From: Actinophytocola sp.
GTDB taxonomy: Bacteria; Actinomycetota; Actinomycetes; Mycobacteriales; Pseudonocardiaceae
DNA length: 64,000 nt
Reading direction: 5' to 3'
Assembly: GCF_035634895.1 (NCBI RefSeq)
Contig: NZ_DASQCC010000100.1
Span: forward strand, 333 to 64,332
Of this stretch, positions 28,146 to 37,216 are shown piece by piece. Under the pieces are notes generated by a model, which did not search any database, had not been told where the DNA came from, and saw only the letters and a list, made by a program, of their open reading frames with translations. Made by a program: the position numbers and the translations under genes. Within the stretch, counting starts at the first letter, position 1; each line of letters begins with the position of its first letter.

Positions 28146-29177
28146 TCAGCCCGCCAGCATTCGGCCGGTCGACCTCAGCTGCTCGCACGCCTGGGTGATG
28201 CGTGCGGCCATGCCCTGCTCGGCCGCCTTCAGGTACGAGCGCGGGTCGTAGGCCTTCTTGTTGCCGACCTCGCCGTCGATCTTCAGCACGCCGTCGTAGT
28301 TGTTGAACATGTGCGCGACCACCGGACGGGTGAACGCGTACTGGGTGTCCGTGTCGATGTTCATCTTCACGACGCCGTACGACACGGCCTCCTGGATCTC
28401 CTCCACCAGCGAGCCGGAGCCGCCGTGGAAGACCAGCTCGAACGGCTTCTCGCCCGGCCGGCCCAGCTTCTCGGCGACGACCTCCTGGCCGCGCTTGAGC
28501 ACGTCCGGACGCAGCTTGACGTTGCCCGGCTTGTAGACGCCGTGCACGTTGCCGAACGTGGCGGCCAGCAGGTAGCGGCCGCGCTCGCCGGCGCCGAGCA
28601 CGTCGACCGTCCTGATGAAGTCGCCCTCCGCTGTGTACAGCTTCTCGTTGATCTCGTGGGCGACGCCGTCCTCCTCGCCGCCGACGACGCCGATCTCGAC
28701 CTCGAGGATGATCTTCGCCTTGGCCGCCGCGTCGAGCAGCTCGGCCGCGATGGTCAGGTTCTCCTCCAGGTCGATGGCCGAGCCGTCCCACATGTGCGAC
28801 TGGAACAGCGGCTCCTTGCCCGCGGCGACCCGCTCCTGCGAGATGGCGATCAGCGGCCGGACGAACCCGTCGAGCTTGTCCTTCGGGCAGTGGTCGGTGT
28901 GCAGGGCGATGTTGACCGGGTACTTCGCGGCGATCACGTGCGCGTACTCGGCGAGTGCCGTGGCACCGGTGACCATGTCCTTGACCTTGGTGCCGGAGGC
29001 GAACTCGGCCCCGCCGGTCGAGACCTGGACGATGCCGTCGCTCTCGGCCTCGGCGAAGCCGCGCAGGGCGGCGTTGAGCGTCTCGGAAGAGGTCACGTTG
29101 ATGGCTGGGAAGGCGAACTCGTTCGCCTTGGCCCGGTCCAGCATCTCCGCGTAGACCTCGGGGGTGGCGATGGGCAT
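28146..29177 (-). CDS. fba: class II fructose-bisphosphate aldolase
   Basis: FAFPAINV, ALHTDHC, FQSHMWDGS, VFHGGSGS and MNIDTDTQYA signatures, 343 aa. Confidence 0.97.
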   Translation of the reverse strand: MPIATPEVYAEMLDRAKANEFAFPAINVTSSETLNAALRGFAEAESDGIVQVSTGGAEFASGTKVKDMVTGATALAEYAHVIAAKYPVNIALHTDHCPKDKLDGFVRPLIAISQERVAAGKEPLFQSHMWDGSAIDLEENLTIAAELLDAAAKAKIILEVEIGVVGGEEDGVAHEINEKLYTAEGDFIRTVDVLGAGERGRYLLAATFGNVHGVYKPGNVKLRPDVLKRGQEVVAEKLGRPGEKPFELVFHGGSGSLVEEIQEAVSYGVVKMNIDTDTQYAFTRPVVAHMFNNYDGVLKIDGEVGNKKAYDPRSYLKAAEQGMAARITQACEQLRSTGRMLAG

Positions 29178-29283
29178 CGGTACGTCCTCCTCGTGCCTGG
29201 CAGAGCCGTCGGCCCGATCCTACGAGGCGGCGCTCGCGGCTCGGACGCAGGATGACCGATTCAGAAGGAGCACACTGGAGCCC

Positions 29284-29568
29284 ATGGCAACTGCACGCTG
29301 GAACGGCGAGGTAATCGCACAGAGTGACGACACCAAGGTCGTCGAGGGCAACGAGTACTTCCCACCGGACTCGGTCCGCGCCGACTTCCTCGCACCGTCC
29401 GAAACCCGCTCGACCTGCCCGTGGAAGGGCGAGGCGAGCTACTACACCCTCCGCGTGAACGGCGACGAGAACCCGGACGCCGCCTGGTACTACCCGACCC
29501 CCAAGGACGCGGCCGCCGAGATCAAGGACCACGTCGCCTTCTGGCGCGGCGTCGAGGTGACAGCCTGA
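29284..29568 (+). CDS. DUF427 domain-containing protein
   Basis: ATG 29284. WNGEVIAQSDDTKVVEGNEYFPPDSV...CPWKGEASYY...AAWYYPTPK...HVAFWRGVEV is the DUF427 pattern. Confidence 0.8.
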   Translation: MATARWNGEVIAQSDDTKVVEGNEYFPPDSVRADFLAPSETRSTCPWKGEASYYTLRVNGDENPDAAWYYPTPKDAAAEIKDHVAFWRGVEVTA

Positions 29569-29608
29569 CAACTTTTTCTTGATCAACGCGAACGCAGGTG
29601 GTCGCGTG

Positions 29609-29701
29609 GGCAGTCCCCCACCCAACCCAGGGGGCCGGCCCCGGTCCCATTGTACCGGCTGAGACGGACGAAACGGCTGGTCAACGGGGGGTGTGGATAG
29701 C
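29609..29701 (+). repeat. ~93-nt intergenic element, copy downstream of the DUF427 gene
   Basis: GGCAGTCCCCCACCCAACCCAGGGGGCC ... TGTACCGG ... GGGGGG TGTGGATAGC. Homologous to 20428-20521. Followed by CGAAAGGGAC, also found at 1182-1191. Confidence 0.65.
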
Positions 29702-29987
29702 TTTCACCCGGTGAGTGCGAGCGAAAGGGACACTCGTGCGGCGGGTGGGGTTGGAGCGGGCCGCGCAGGCAGGCTCGGACGAACGCTGATGCGGGATCGG
29801 GCCCCGCCCGCTCGGTGAGCGGGCCGTTCAAGGTGGACGGGACTTCATCGCGGGGTGAGTCTGAGGGCGACCTGGGTGAGCGGTCGCTTACGCCGGCCGA
29901 GCTTGCAGGCCGACCCGGGGCAGTCGAGCCGGCACGACTTGGAACCGACCCACCAGCACGAAACATCGCTCAGCTGACAAACGCGTT

Positions 29988-30020
29988 GGGCGAGCGGCCG
30001 CATGAACAGACCGCTCGCCC
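29988..30020 (-). terminator. stem-loop 10 nt downstream of the LLM oxidoreductase stop
   Basis: GGGCGAGCGG / CCGCTCGCCC form a perfect 10-bp stem with a 13-nt loop. Confidence 0.6.
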
Positions 30021-30029
30021 AGGCTGGGG

Positions 30030-30857
30030 TCAGACCAGCGCCGCCGACAGGGCCCTGAGCACCGGCAGCCGGTTCTCGTTCAGGACCTGGATCGCCACCT
30101 GGTCGGCGCCCGCGTCTCGGTGGGCCTGGATGCGTTCGCGGATGGCCTCCTCGTCGCCCCAGGCGACCAGGGCGTCCACCAGTCGGTCGCTGCCGCCGTC
30201 GGTTATGTCGGCCTCGGTGAAGCCGAGGCGCAGCCAGTTGTTGGTGTAGTTCGGCAGGCGGTAGTACATCTCCAGCCGCTCCCGGGCGAGTGCTCGCGCC
30301 TCGTCCGGGTCCGTGGACAGGACCACCTTCTGCTCCGGCACCAGCAGCTTGTCGGGCCCCAGGATCTCCCTCGCCTGCGCCGTGTGTTCCGGCGTCGTCA
30401 GGTACGGGTGCGCGCCCGCCGTGCGTTCCCCGGCCAGGCGCAGCACCTTCGGGCCCAGCGCGGCCAGCACCCGACCGGACTCCGGAACGCCACCCTCGTC
30501 CAGCACGTCCAGGTAGCTCACCAGCTTGTCGTACGGCTTCGTGTAGCGCTCGCCCACCAGCGGGCGGTGGCCTGCCCCGATCCCCAGCACCAACCGGTCG
30601 GGGTAGGCCGCCGCCACGCGGTGGTAGCCGCCGACGGCCACGGTCGGGTCGGCGTCCCAGACGTTCACGATCCCCGTCGCCACCACCAGGCTGGTGGACG
30701 CGGCCAGGATCGGCTCGATCGTGGACAGGTCGGCCGGCGGTGAGCCGCCCAGCCACGCCGTGCCGTAGCCGAGGTGTTCCAGTTCCGCCAGTGCCGAAGG
30801 GTCACCGAACTCCGACCACGAACCGTGCCCCCACACGCCAACCGGACCGATGTCCAT
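30030..30857 (-). CDS. LLM-class F420-dependent oxidoreductase
   Basis: 275 aa with a luciferase-like TIM-barrel pattern (LGYGTAWLGGSP, LVLGIGAGH, GAHPY). Confidence 0.8.
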   Translation of the reverse strand: MDIGPVGVWGHGSWSEFGDPSALAELEHLGYGTAWLGGSPPADLSTIEPILAASTSLVVATGIVNVWDADPTVAVGGYHRVAAAYPDRLVLGIGAGHRPLVGERYTKPYDKLVSYLDVLDEGGVPESGRVLAALGPKVLRLAGERTAGAHPYLTTPEHTAQAREILGPDKLLVPEQKVVLSTDPDEARALARERLEMYYRLPNYTNNWLRLGFTEADITDGGSDRLVDALVAWGDEEAIRERIQAHRDAGADQVAIQVLNENRLPVLRALSAALV

Positions 30858-30911
30858 GCTGCCTCCAAGTTGTCTTCGACAAATATCGAAGACAACTCGC
30901 CGGCGCGGCGG

Positions 30912-32534
30912 CTAATTCCCGATCGGGGTGCCCACCGACTGGACCTTCTGGGTGCCGGCCCGCGTGCGGAACGAGCGCGCCCAGTTCAGCGTGCTCGCCG
31001 GGTCCGCCTTGTTCGCGAGGTAGTACCAGTCCATCTGGGCACCCGCAGGCGTCACCTCCAGCACCGACGGGCCGTGCGAGTCCAGCTCCACGTACTTGAT
31101 GTGCCGGTTCAGCACCCGGATCGCGGACTCCAGCGCCGGCGACACGGTCCTCGGCGGCACGCCCAGGATCTCGTCGATGTTGTCCGAGGTCACCGACGTG
31201 CACACGAACTCCGTCGCCACCGAGGGGGACAGCGGGTACAGGCCCGCGTCCCTGGGCACGTCGCTCGCCCACGACGAGTGGATGTCGCCGGTCAGGAACA
31301 CGGTGTCGCGCACGCCATGACCCGCGAGGGTCGCGAGCAGGCGACGGCGGTCGGCCGCGTAGCCGTCCCACTGGTCGGGGTTGATCGACAGGCCCTCGGA
31401 CGGCAGGCCCAGCAGCTCCGCCAGCGGGCCGAGCAGCTCAGGCGAGAGCGGTGGCAGCTGGAACGGCGCGATCATCACCGAGTTGCCGACCAGTTTCCAC
31501 TGCGCGCCGCTCGTGACCAGGCCGTTCTCCAACCACGCCATCTGCTCGGCGCCGGTGATCGTCCGGTTCGGGTCGTCCGTGCCGCCGTTGCCGACGGCCA
31601 CCTGCTTCGACCGGTAGCTGCGCAGGTCGAGCATGAACAGCTCGCCCAGCAGGCCGAAGCGCAGGCGCCGGTAGATCTTGTCCGCCTCGTTGCGTACCGG
31701 CATCCACTCGAAGTACGCCTGGTGGGCGGCCGCCTTCCGGGTGGCGTAGTCGCCCTCGGTGTCCGGCTGGTGGTTCTCGGCGCCGCCGGACCACGCATCG
31801 TTGGCCACCTCATGGTCGTCCCAGGTCGCGATCATCGGGACCGTCGCGTGCAGCCGCCGCAGGTGCTCGTCGGACTTGTACTGCGCGTGCCGCCGCCGGT
31901 AGTCGGCCAATGTCAGGATCTCGTGCGGCGGGTCGTGGGGCCGGACGGCCTCGCCGTTGAAGTCGCCGGCGTACTCGTAGATGTAGTCACCCAGATGGAG
32001 GACGGCGTCCAGGTCGCCGCGCTCGGCGAGGTAGCGGTACGCGGCGAAGTAGCCGGCCGGGACGTTCGAGCAGGACACCACGCCGAAGCGCAGCCGGGCG
32101 ACGGCGGCGGTCAGCGCGGGCGCGGTGCGGGTGGTGCCGACGGCGGAGACCGCGCCACCCAGCCGGAAGCGGTAGTAGTACGTGCTCGCCGGGTTCAGGC
32201 CGGTCGCGTCGGCCTTCACGGTGTGGTCCCGGCCGGGGCCGGTGCCGACCACACCGGAGGCGACCACGGCGGCGAAGGCCGGGTCCGTGGCGACCTCCCA
32301 GGTCACGTCGACGGTCGGGCCGACGCCGGAACCCGGGGTGGCGTCGGGGGTCGGGGTGACGCGCGTCCACAGCAGGACCGCGTCTGGCAGGGGGTCACCT
32401 GAGGCGACACCGTGCGCGAAGACGGGTTCGGCGGCGCTGGCGGCGGTCGCACCCGCGGCCACCACGCCCGCACCGAGCACCACACCCGCCGCGCCTACTC
32501 GCAGTACGGATCTACGGTCGTAGGTCTGCTCCAT
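30912..32534 (-). CDS. phoD: alkaline phosphatase D family protein (Tat-exported)
   Basis: ATG 32534 gives [19 protein letters not shown] (twin-arginine signal). [23 protein letters not shown] and TGDIHSSW metallophosphatase motifs. The upstream part of the 702-aa ORF is junk. Confidence 0.9.
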   Translation of the reverse strand: MEQTYDRRSVLRVGAAGVVLGAGVVAAGATAASAAEPVFAHGVASGDPLPDAVLLWTRVTPTPDATPGSGVGPTVDVTWEVATDPAFAAVVASGVVGTGPGRDHTVKADATGLNPASTYYYRFRLGGAVSAVGTTRTAPALTAAVARLRFGVVSCSNVPAGYFAAYRYLAERGDLDAVLHLGDYIYEYAGDFNGEAVRPHDPPHEILTLADYRRRHAQYKSDEHLRRLHATVPMIATWDDHEVANDAWSGGAENHQPDTEGDYATRKAAAHQAYFEWMPVRNEADKIYRRLRFGLLGELFMLDLRSYRSKQVAVGNGGTDDPNRTITGAEQMAWLENGLVTSGAQWKLVGNSVMIAPFQLPPLSPELLGPLAELLGLPSEGLSINPDQWDGYAADRRRLLATLAGHGVRDTVFLTGDIHSSWASDVPRDAGLYPLSPSVATEFVCTSVTSDNIDEILGVPPRTVSPALESAIRVLNRHIKYVELDSHGPSVLEVTPAGAQMDWYYLANKADPASTLNWARSFRTRAGTQKVQSVGTPIGN

Positions 32535-32645
32535 GTCACCGATCCTGGTGTCACCCAGGGGTGTGACATACAGCCGTTCTTCGTAAACATTCCGTGCACA
32601 TTTACCATCTACTCGAAGTAAGTTACTAGTGGTAGGTTCGATGGC

Positions 32646-33539
32646 ATGTCGAAGGTGACGGGAAAGGTCGTGCTGATCACGGGCGCTGCCCGGGGCATCG
32701 GCGCAGGTGTCGCGCGGGACCTGGCCGCCAAGGGCGCGAAGGTGGCGCTGGTCGGGCTCGAACCCGAGGAGCTGGCCGAGGTCGCGCGGGAGTGCGGACC
32801 GGACGCCGGTGCCTGGGAGGCCGACGTCACCAGCTGGGCAGACCTCGAGAAGGTGACCGCGGAGATCGTCGCGCGGTACGGCCGGATCGACGTCGTGCTG
32901 GCCAACGCGGGCATCGCGGCCACCGGCTTCACCCGGTCGATCGACACGGCCTCGTTCGAGCGGGTGATCAACGTGAACCTGTTGGGTGTCTGGCGCACCA
33001 TCCGCGTGACGCTGCCCCACCTGATCGAGTCAAAGGGCTACGCGCTGCTCGTGTCGTCCGCGGCTGCGATCGTCCACATCCCCGGCAACGCGGCCTACTC
33101 CGCGGCGAAGGCCGGCGTCGAGGCGTTCGCGAACGCGCTGCGTGCGGAGGTCAGGCACCTCGGCGTGGACGTCGGCGTCGTACACCCGACCTGGATCGCG
33201 ACGGACATGGTCAACTCCGCCGACGAGCACCCGGTGTTCGGCAGGATGCGGGCCACCAACGGCGGAATCGCCAGCAGGACCTATCCGCTCTCGGTTGCCG
33301 TCGACCTCATCTCCGCCGGCATCGCCAAACGCACGCGGGCAGTGCACGTGCCGGGCTGGGTCGGCGTGCTGAAGCTGTTCCGCACGCTGATCCCGCGCGT
33401 GGTCGAGTGGCAGGCGCGCCGGTTCGTGCCGGCCGGGGACAAGGCGGCGATCGAGGACATCGAGAAGCGCGGCGCGGTCGAGGCGAGCATGGTCGGCCCC
33501 GGCGCGAAGGCTGCGGCCCGCCGCGACGGTGCGCTATAA
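32646..33539 (+). CDS. SDR family oxidoreductase
   Basis: [11 protein letters not shown] Rossmann motif, NAG and YSAAKAG catalytic motif. Confidence 0.9.
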   Translation: MSKVTGKVVLITGAARGIGAGVARDLAAKGAKVALVGLEPEELAEVARECGPDAGAWEADVTSWADLEKVTAEIVARYGRIDVVLANAGIAATGFTRSIDTASFERVINVNLLGVWRTIRVTLPHLIESKGYALLVSSAAAIVHIPGNAAYSAAKAGVEAFANALRAEVRHLGVDVGVVHPTWIATDMVNSADEHPVFGRMRATNGGIASRTYPLSVAVDLISAGIAKRTRAVHVPGWVGVLKLFRTLIPRVVEWQARRFVPAGDKAAIEDIEKRGAVEASMVGPGAKAAARRDGAL

Positions 33540-33545
33540 CGTGTT

Positions 33546-34013
33546 ATGCCGTCGCGCCGTGACAAGATCAAGATGACCTCTGACGAGGTCGCCGCCTTCC
33601 TCGCCGAGGGGAAGACGGCGAACCTCGCGACCATCGGCCCGAACGGGCGACCCCACCTGACGGCGCTCTGGTACGTGCCGAACGGCGAGGTCATCGAGAC
33701 GTGGACGTTCGCCAAGTCGCAGAAGGCCGCCAACCTGCAGCGGCTGCCGCAGGCCACGATCCTCGTCGAGACCGGCGACTCCTACGAGAAGCTGCGCGGC
33801 GTCTCCATGGAGTGCGACGTGGAGCTGGTGACCGACGTGGAGCGGATCACGGCCATCGGTCAGCAGCTCATGCACCGGTACAACGACAACCCGGAGATCG
33901 CCACGTCGGCGAGCCAGTTCGTCCGGTTGCAGGCGCCCAAGCGGGTGGGCCTGATCTGCCGGCCGACGAAGATCGTGAGCTGGGACCACTCGAAGCTAGC
34001 GGGCACCTACTGA
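33546..34013 (+). CDS. PPOX-class F420-dependent (pyridoxamine 5'-phosphate oxidase-like) protein
   Basis: ANLATIGPNGRPHLTALWYV split-barrel signature, 155 aa. ATG 33573 is an alternative start. Confidence 0.75.
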   Translation: MPSRRDKIKMTSDEVAAFLAEGKTANLATIGPNGRPHLTALWYVPNGEVIETWTFAKSQKAANLQRLPQATILVETGDSYEKLRGVSMECDVELVTDVERITAIGQQLMHRYNDNPEIATSASQFVRLQAPKRVGLICRPTKIVSWDHSKLAGTY

Positions 34014-34280
34014 GCCCATGACGAGCTTCCACTCGTTGACCGTGCGGGACGCGGCCACCCCGTCGATCGTGTACGGGTCCTGGGCGAGCAGCTGGTCCAG
34101 CTCGGCACGGTCCGCGACCTGGTAGATCGCGAACCCCGCCGAGTCGTCCACCCACGGACCGGCCGCGCCGACCTTGCCCTGCTCGACCAGCGCCTGCAGG
34201 TAGACGCGGTGGCGAGGACGGCTGTCCGCGAGCTTGCCGGGGTCGTCGATGTACTTGGTCTCTACCGTGAACCAGGCCAT
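33996..34280 (-). CDS. YciI family protein
   Basis: MAWFTVETKYIDD...RPRHRVYLQALVEQGKVGAAGPW...DPY, 94 aa. The 3' ends overlap the convergent gene by 18 nt. Confidence 0.75.
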   Translation of the reverse strand: MAWFTVETKYIDDPGKLADSRPRHRVYLQALVEQGKVGAAGPWVDDSAGFAIYQVADRAELDQLLAQDPYTIDGVAASRTVNEWKLVMGSVGAR

Positions 34281-34329
34281 AGCGCGAACGGTACAGACGG
34301 CGGCCGGGGCGGACCGGTAGGGTGCGCCT

Positions 34330-34920
34330 GTGCCTGGGGAACTCAGTGCGGAACGCAGCGTCGAGCAGACGCTCGGTCATCTGCGTGCGATCGACACGGG
34401 GAGCTTCCCCGTGCCCACAGCGCCCGTCCAGCAGGCGCCGCTGACCCTCGAGGACCTGTATCGCACACATCGCATGCGTCTCGTCCGGCTCGCGTTGCTG
34501 CTGGTAGACGAGCCGGCGACGGCCGAGGACGTCGTGCAGGAGGCGTTCACCGGGCTGCACCGCAACTGGGGCAACCTCCGCGACGCCGCCGCGGCCCTCG
34601 GCTACCTGCGCACCGCCGTGGTCAACGGGTCGCGGTCCGTGCTGCGCCGCCGCAAGACCGCCCGCGAGTACACCCCGCCGCACCAGGTCAACGCGCGGTC
34701 CGCGGAGAGCCTCGCGATGCTGACGGCCGAGCACCAGGGGGTCGTGCGCGCGTTGTCGCAGCTGCCGCCCCGCCAGCGCGAGGTACTGGTGCTGCGTTAC
34801 TACGGCGACCTGTCCGAGGCGGAGATCGCCGAGGCCGCCGGCATCTCCAAGGGGACGGTCAAGTCGACGGCCAGCCGGGCCCTGGACGCGCTGCAGAAGA
34901 TCATGCGCACCCCTAACTGA
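34330..34920 (+). CDS. SigE-family ECF RNA polymerase sigma factor (no adjacent partner gene)
   Basis: RLALLLVDEPATAEDVVQEAF, PPRQREVLVLRYYGDLSEAEIA and ISKGTVKSTASRAL. Confidence 0.85.
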   Translation: MPGELSAERSVEQTLGHLRAIDTGSFPVPTAPVQQAPLTLEDLYRTHRMRLVRLALLLVDEPATAEDVVQEAFTGLHRNWGNLRDAAAALGYLRTAVVNGSRSVLRRRKTAREYTPPHQVNARSAESLAMLTAEHQGVVRALSQLPPRQREVLVLRYYGDLSEAEIAEAAGISKGTVKSTASRALDALQKIMRTPN

Positions 34921-35026
34921 CAGCCGCTTGGAAGCGATTCTCCACCTAGTCGCGCCCACGAAACGTTAGGCAATAACGCGACTGCATTGGTATATAGTGA
35001 ATAACCCCCATGCGGGCAACAGGCGC

Positions 35027-35042
35027 TATGGTATAGACCAAT
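35027..35042. promoter_or_regulatory. DasR/NagR-type (GntR-HutC) operator-like site upstream of nagA
   Basis: TATGGTATAGACCAAT matches 12/16 positions of the Streptomyces dre consensus ACTGGTCTAGACCACT. It lies 26 nt upstream of the nagA ATG in a locally AT-rich gap. Confidence 0.55.
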
Positions 35043-35067
35043 AGCGTCAGGTGTTGAGGGGTGAGGG

Positions 35068-36222
35068 ATGGCTGCGCAGCTCATCAGCGGGGGACGGGTC
35101 GCCACGCCGGATGGCGTGCTCGACCCGGGCTGGTTGCTCGTCGACGACGGCCGGATCACCGCGCTCGGCAGCGGTGAGCCACACTTCCGCCCCGGTACGA
35201 CAGTCACCGACGCCTCGGGCAGTTGGGTGGTTCCCGGCTTCGTCGACATCCACTGCCACGGTGGTGGCGGCGCCGCGTTCACCAGCGCGGATCCCGCCCA
35301 CGTGCGGCAGGTCGTCGACTCGCACACCGCGCACGGCACCACGACGATGCTCGCGAGCCTGGTCACGCGGCCGGTGAGCGAGCTGGTCGAGCAGGTCGCG
35401 GCCCTGGCCGAGCTGGTCCAGGAGGGCCTGGTCGCGGGCATCCACCTCGAGGGGCCGTTCCTGTCGGCGGCCCGCTGCGGCGCACACGACCCGGTGTTGC
35501 TCAGGCCTCCTGACCCGGTCTCGGTGGACGCGCTGCTGTCGGCCGGCCGCGGCACGATCCGGATGGTGACCGTCGCGCCCGAGCTGGAAGGTGCGGTCCC
35601 CGCGGTCAAGCGGCTGGTCGACGCCGGTGTGCTCGCGGCGATCGGCCACACGGACGCGCTGGCCGAGGACGTCGTGCCGGCGGTGGACGCGGGCGCGACC
35701 GTGGCGACGCACCTGTTCAACGGCATGCGGCCGCTGCACCACCGCGAGCCGGGTCCGATCGGCGTGCTGCTGGACGACGAGCGGGTGACGGTCGAGCTGA
35801 TCTGCGACCTCGTGCACCTGCACCCGACGATCGTGCGGCTGGCCGCCCGGCACGCGGGCGCCGCCCGCACCGTGTTGATCACCGACGCGATCGCGGCCGC
35901 GGCGGCCGGCGACGGGACCTACGACATCGGCGGGCTGAAGGTCGACGTGACGAACGGCGTGCCGACGCTGGCGGACGGCGGTTCGCTCGCGGGCAGCACG
36001 CTGACCATGGACGCGGCGTTCCGGAACCTGGTGAAGAGCTGCGGGCTGGGCGTGCTCGACGCGGTGGCGGCGGCGTCCACGCGACCAGCCGCCCTGCTCG
36101 GCCTCGGCGACGTGACCGGCAGGCTGGCCCCCGGGTTCGCGGCCGATGTCGTCTTGTTGGACGACGCGCTGCGCCCGGTGTCGGTGATGCGGCGAGGCGA
36201 GTGGGTACCTTCTGGTACGTGA
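35068..36222 (+). CDS. nagA: N-acetylglucosamine-6-phosphate deacetylase
   Basis: PGFVDIHCHGGGG, IHLEGPF, GHTDA and THLFNGM metal-ligand motifs, 384 aa. Confidence 0.93.
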   Translation: MAAQLISGGRVATPDGVLDPGWLLVDDGRITALGSGEPHFRPGTTVTDASGSWVVPGFVDIHCHGGGGAAFTSADPAHVRQVVDSHTAHGTTTMLASLVTRPVSELVEQVAALAELVQEGLVAGIHLEGPFLSAARCGAHDPVLLRPPDPVSVDALLSAGRGTIRMVTVAPELEGAVPAVKRLVDAGVLAAIGHTDALAEDVVPAVDAGATVATHLFNGMRPLHHREPGPIGVLLDDERVTVELICDLVHLHPTIVRLAARHAGAARTVLITDAIAAAAAGDGTYDIGGLKVDVTNGVPTLADGGSLAGSTLTMDAAFRNLVKSCGLGVLDAVAAASTRPAALLGLGDVTGRLAPGFAADVVLLDDALRPVSVMRRGEWVPSGT

Positions 36223-36485
36223 CACCCGACGACCCGGAGAAACTGCTCGCCGACGCGCTGCGTGCGCAGGCGCGGCAGGCCCCGGCCGACACCTCGCCGG
36301 TCGGGTACGGGTTGCTGTCGGGGAGCGACCTGCCGCCGACCCTGCCTCGTGCCGAGGACGTGACGACCCACATCCCGGAGGAGCCGGACGAGCCGCGTCA
36401 GGTGCCGATGCTGCTCGTCCTGCTGTTGGCGCTGCTCCTGGGCCTCGCGTCGGGTGCGGTCGTGGGGCTGCTCACGCTCCTGTGA
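36219..36485 (+). CDS. hypothetical Pro/Asp-rich protein with C-terminal TM anchor
   Basis: GTG 36219 overlaps the nagA stop (GTGA); the listed ORF starts at 36201. The C-terminus is MLLVLLLALLLGLASGAVVGLLTLL. No family recognised. Confidence 0.4.
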   Translation: MTPDDPEKLLADALRAQARQAPADTSPVGYGLLSGSDLPPTLPRAEDVTTHIPEEPDEPRQVPMLLVLLLALLLGLASGAVVGLLTLL

Positions 36486-36537
36486 CGCTCGCGTACCCTT
36501 CGATGGTGTGACGCCCGCCGCCGCCACCGTGCACGCG

Positions 36538-37209
36538 ATGTCCTTTTTGCCCTCCTGGCTGGACCCGGAGGTCATCCTGCGTGGGATGGGCGGCTGGGCA
36601 CTGGCCGTGCTCTGCCTGATCATCTTCGCGGAGTGCGGGCTGCTGGTCGGCTTCTTCCTGCCGGGCGACTCGCTGCTGTTCGTCGCGGGCCTGTTCGTGG
36701 CGACGGGGACCATCCAGACGCCGCTGTGGCTGGTCTGCGTGCTGGTGACGGTGTGCGCGTTCGTGGGGAACGTGTGCGGGTACTGGATCGGCGCGAAGGC
36801 CGGGCCGGCGCTGTTCAACAAGCCGAACTCGAAGCTGTTCAAGCAGGAGCACGTCGCCAAGACGCACGAGTTCTTCGAGAAGTACGGCGCGCGGGCGGTC
36901 ATCATGGCCCGGTTCGTGCCGATCGTGCGGACGTTCATCACGGCGACCGCCGGTGTGGGGCGGATGGACGCGAGGAAGTTCTTCACCTACTCGGCGATCG
37001 GCGCGTTGTTCTGGGCGTCGGGCGTGACGGTCCTGGGTTACTTCCTAGGCGAGGTCTCGTTCATCGAGAAGAACATCGACGCGATGGCGGTCCTGATCGT
37101 GTTGATCTCGGTCATCCCGATCGTTATCGAAGTCGTGAAGGCCCGCCGCGAGAAGAAGCAGGCCGCGAAGCTGGCCAACGAGGACACCCAGATCATCAAA
37201 CGTCTCTAG
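36538..37209 (+). CDS. DedA family membrane protein
   Basis: ATG 36538. FAECGLLVGFFLPGDSLLF and ARFVPIVRTF DedA signatures. Confidence 0.9.
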   Translation: MSFLPSWLDPEVILRGMGGWALAVLCLIIFAECGLLVGFFLPGDSLLFVAGLFVATGTIQTPLWLVCVLVTVCAFVGNVCGYWIGAKAGPALFNKPNSKLFKQEHVAKTHEFFEKYGARAVIMARFVPIVRTFITATAGVGRMDARKFFTYSAIGALFWASGVTVLGYFLGEVSFIEKNIDAMAVLIVLISVIPIVIEVVKARREKKQAAKLANEDTQIIKRL

Positions 37210-37216
37210 GCCGTCT

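Noticed and set aside
29569-30029. The possibility that the 460-nt gap encodes RNase P RNA, tmRNA, 6S/Ms1 or 6C RNA.
   Set aside because: I could not find the universally conserved RNase P P4 (GAGGAAAGUCC / ACAGAA) motif, or the tmRNA tag and acceptor (…UCCACCA end, GGGG start) motifs, on either strand. The C-rich loop hairpin resembles 6C only superficially, and a second copy at 20428 argues for a repeat element. Only a cmsearch can settle this.
32534-32570. PhoP PHO boxes upstream of phoD: TGTCACCGATC (32534), TGTCACCCAGG (32549, 10/11 to G(G/T)TCAYYYR(G/C)G) and an inverted TGTCAC at 32563-32568.
   Set aside because: The spacing between the direct copies is 15 nt, not the 11-nt unit expected for PhoP. 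The motifs lie only 0-36 nt from the start codon, too close for a typical activator site. The core reads GTGTCAC rather than GTTCACC. This may still deserve a PWM scan.
34986-35001. A second full dre operator (ATTGGTATATAGTGAA) upstream of nagA.
   Set aside because: Only 8/16 positions match the consensus. I keep it only as a possible half-site next to the better site at 35027-35042.
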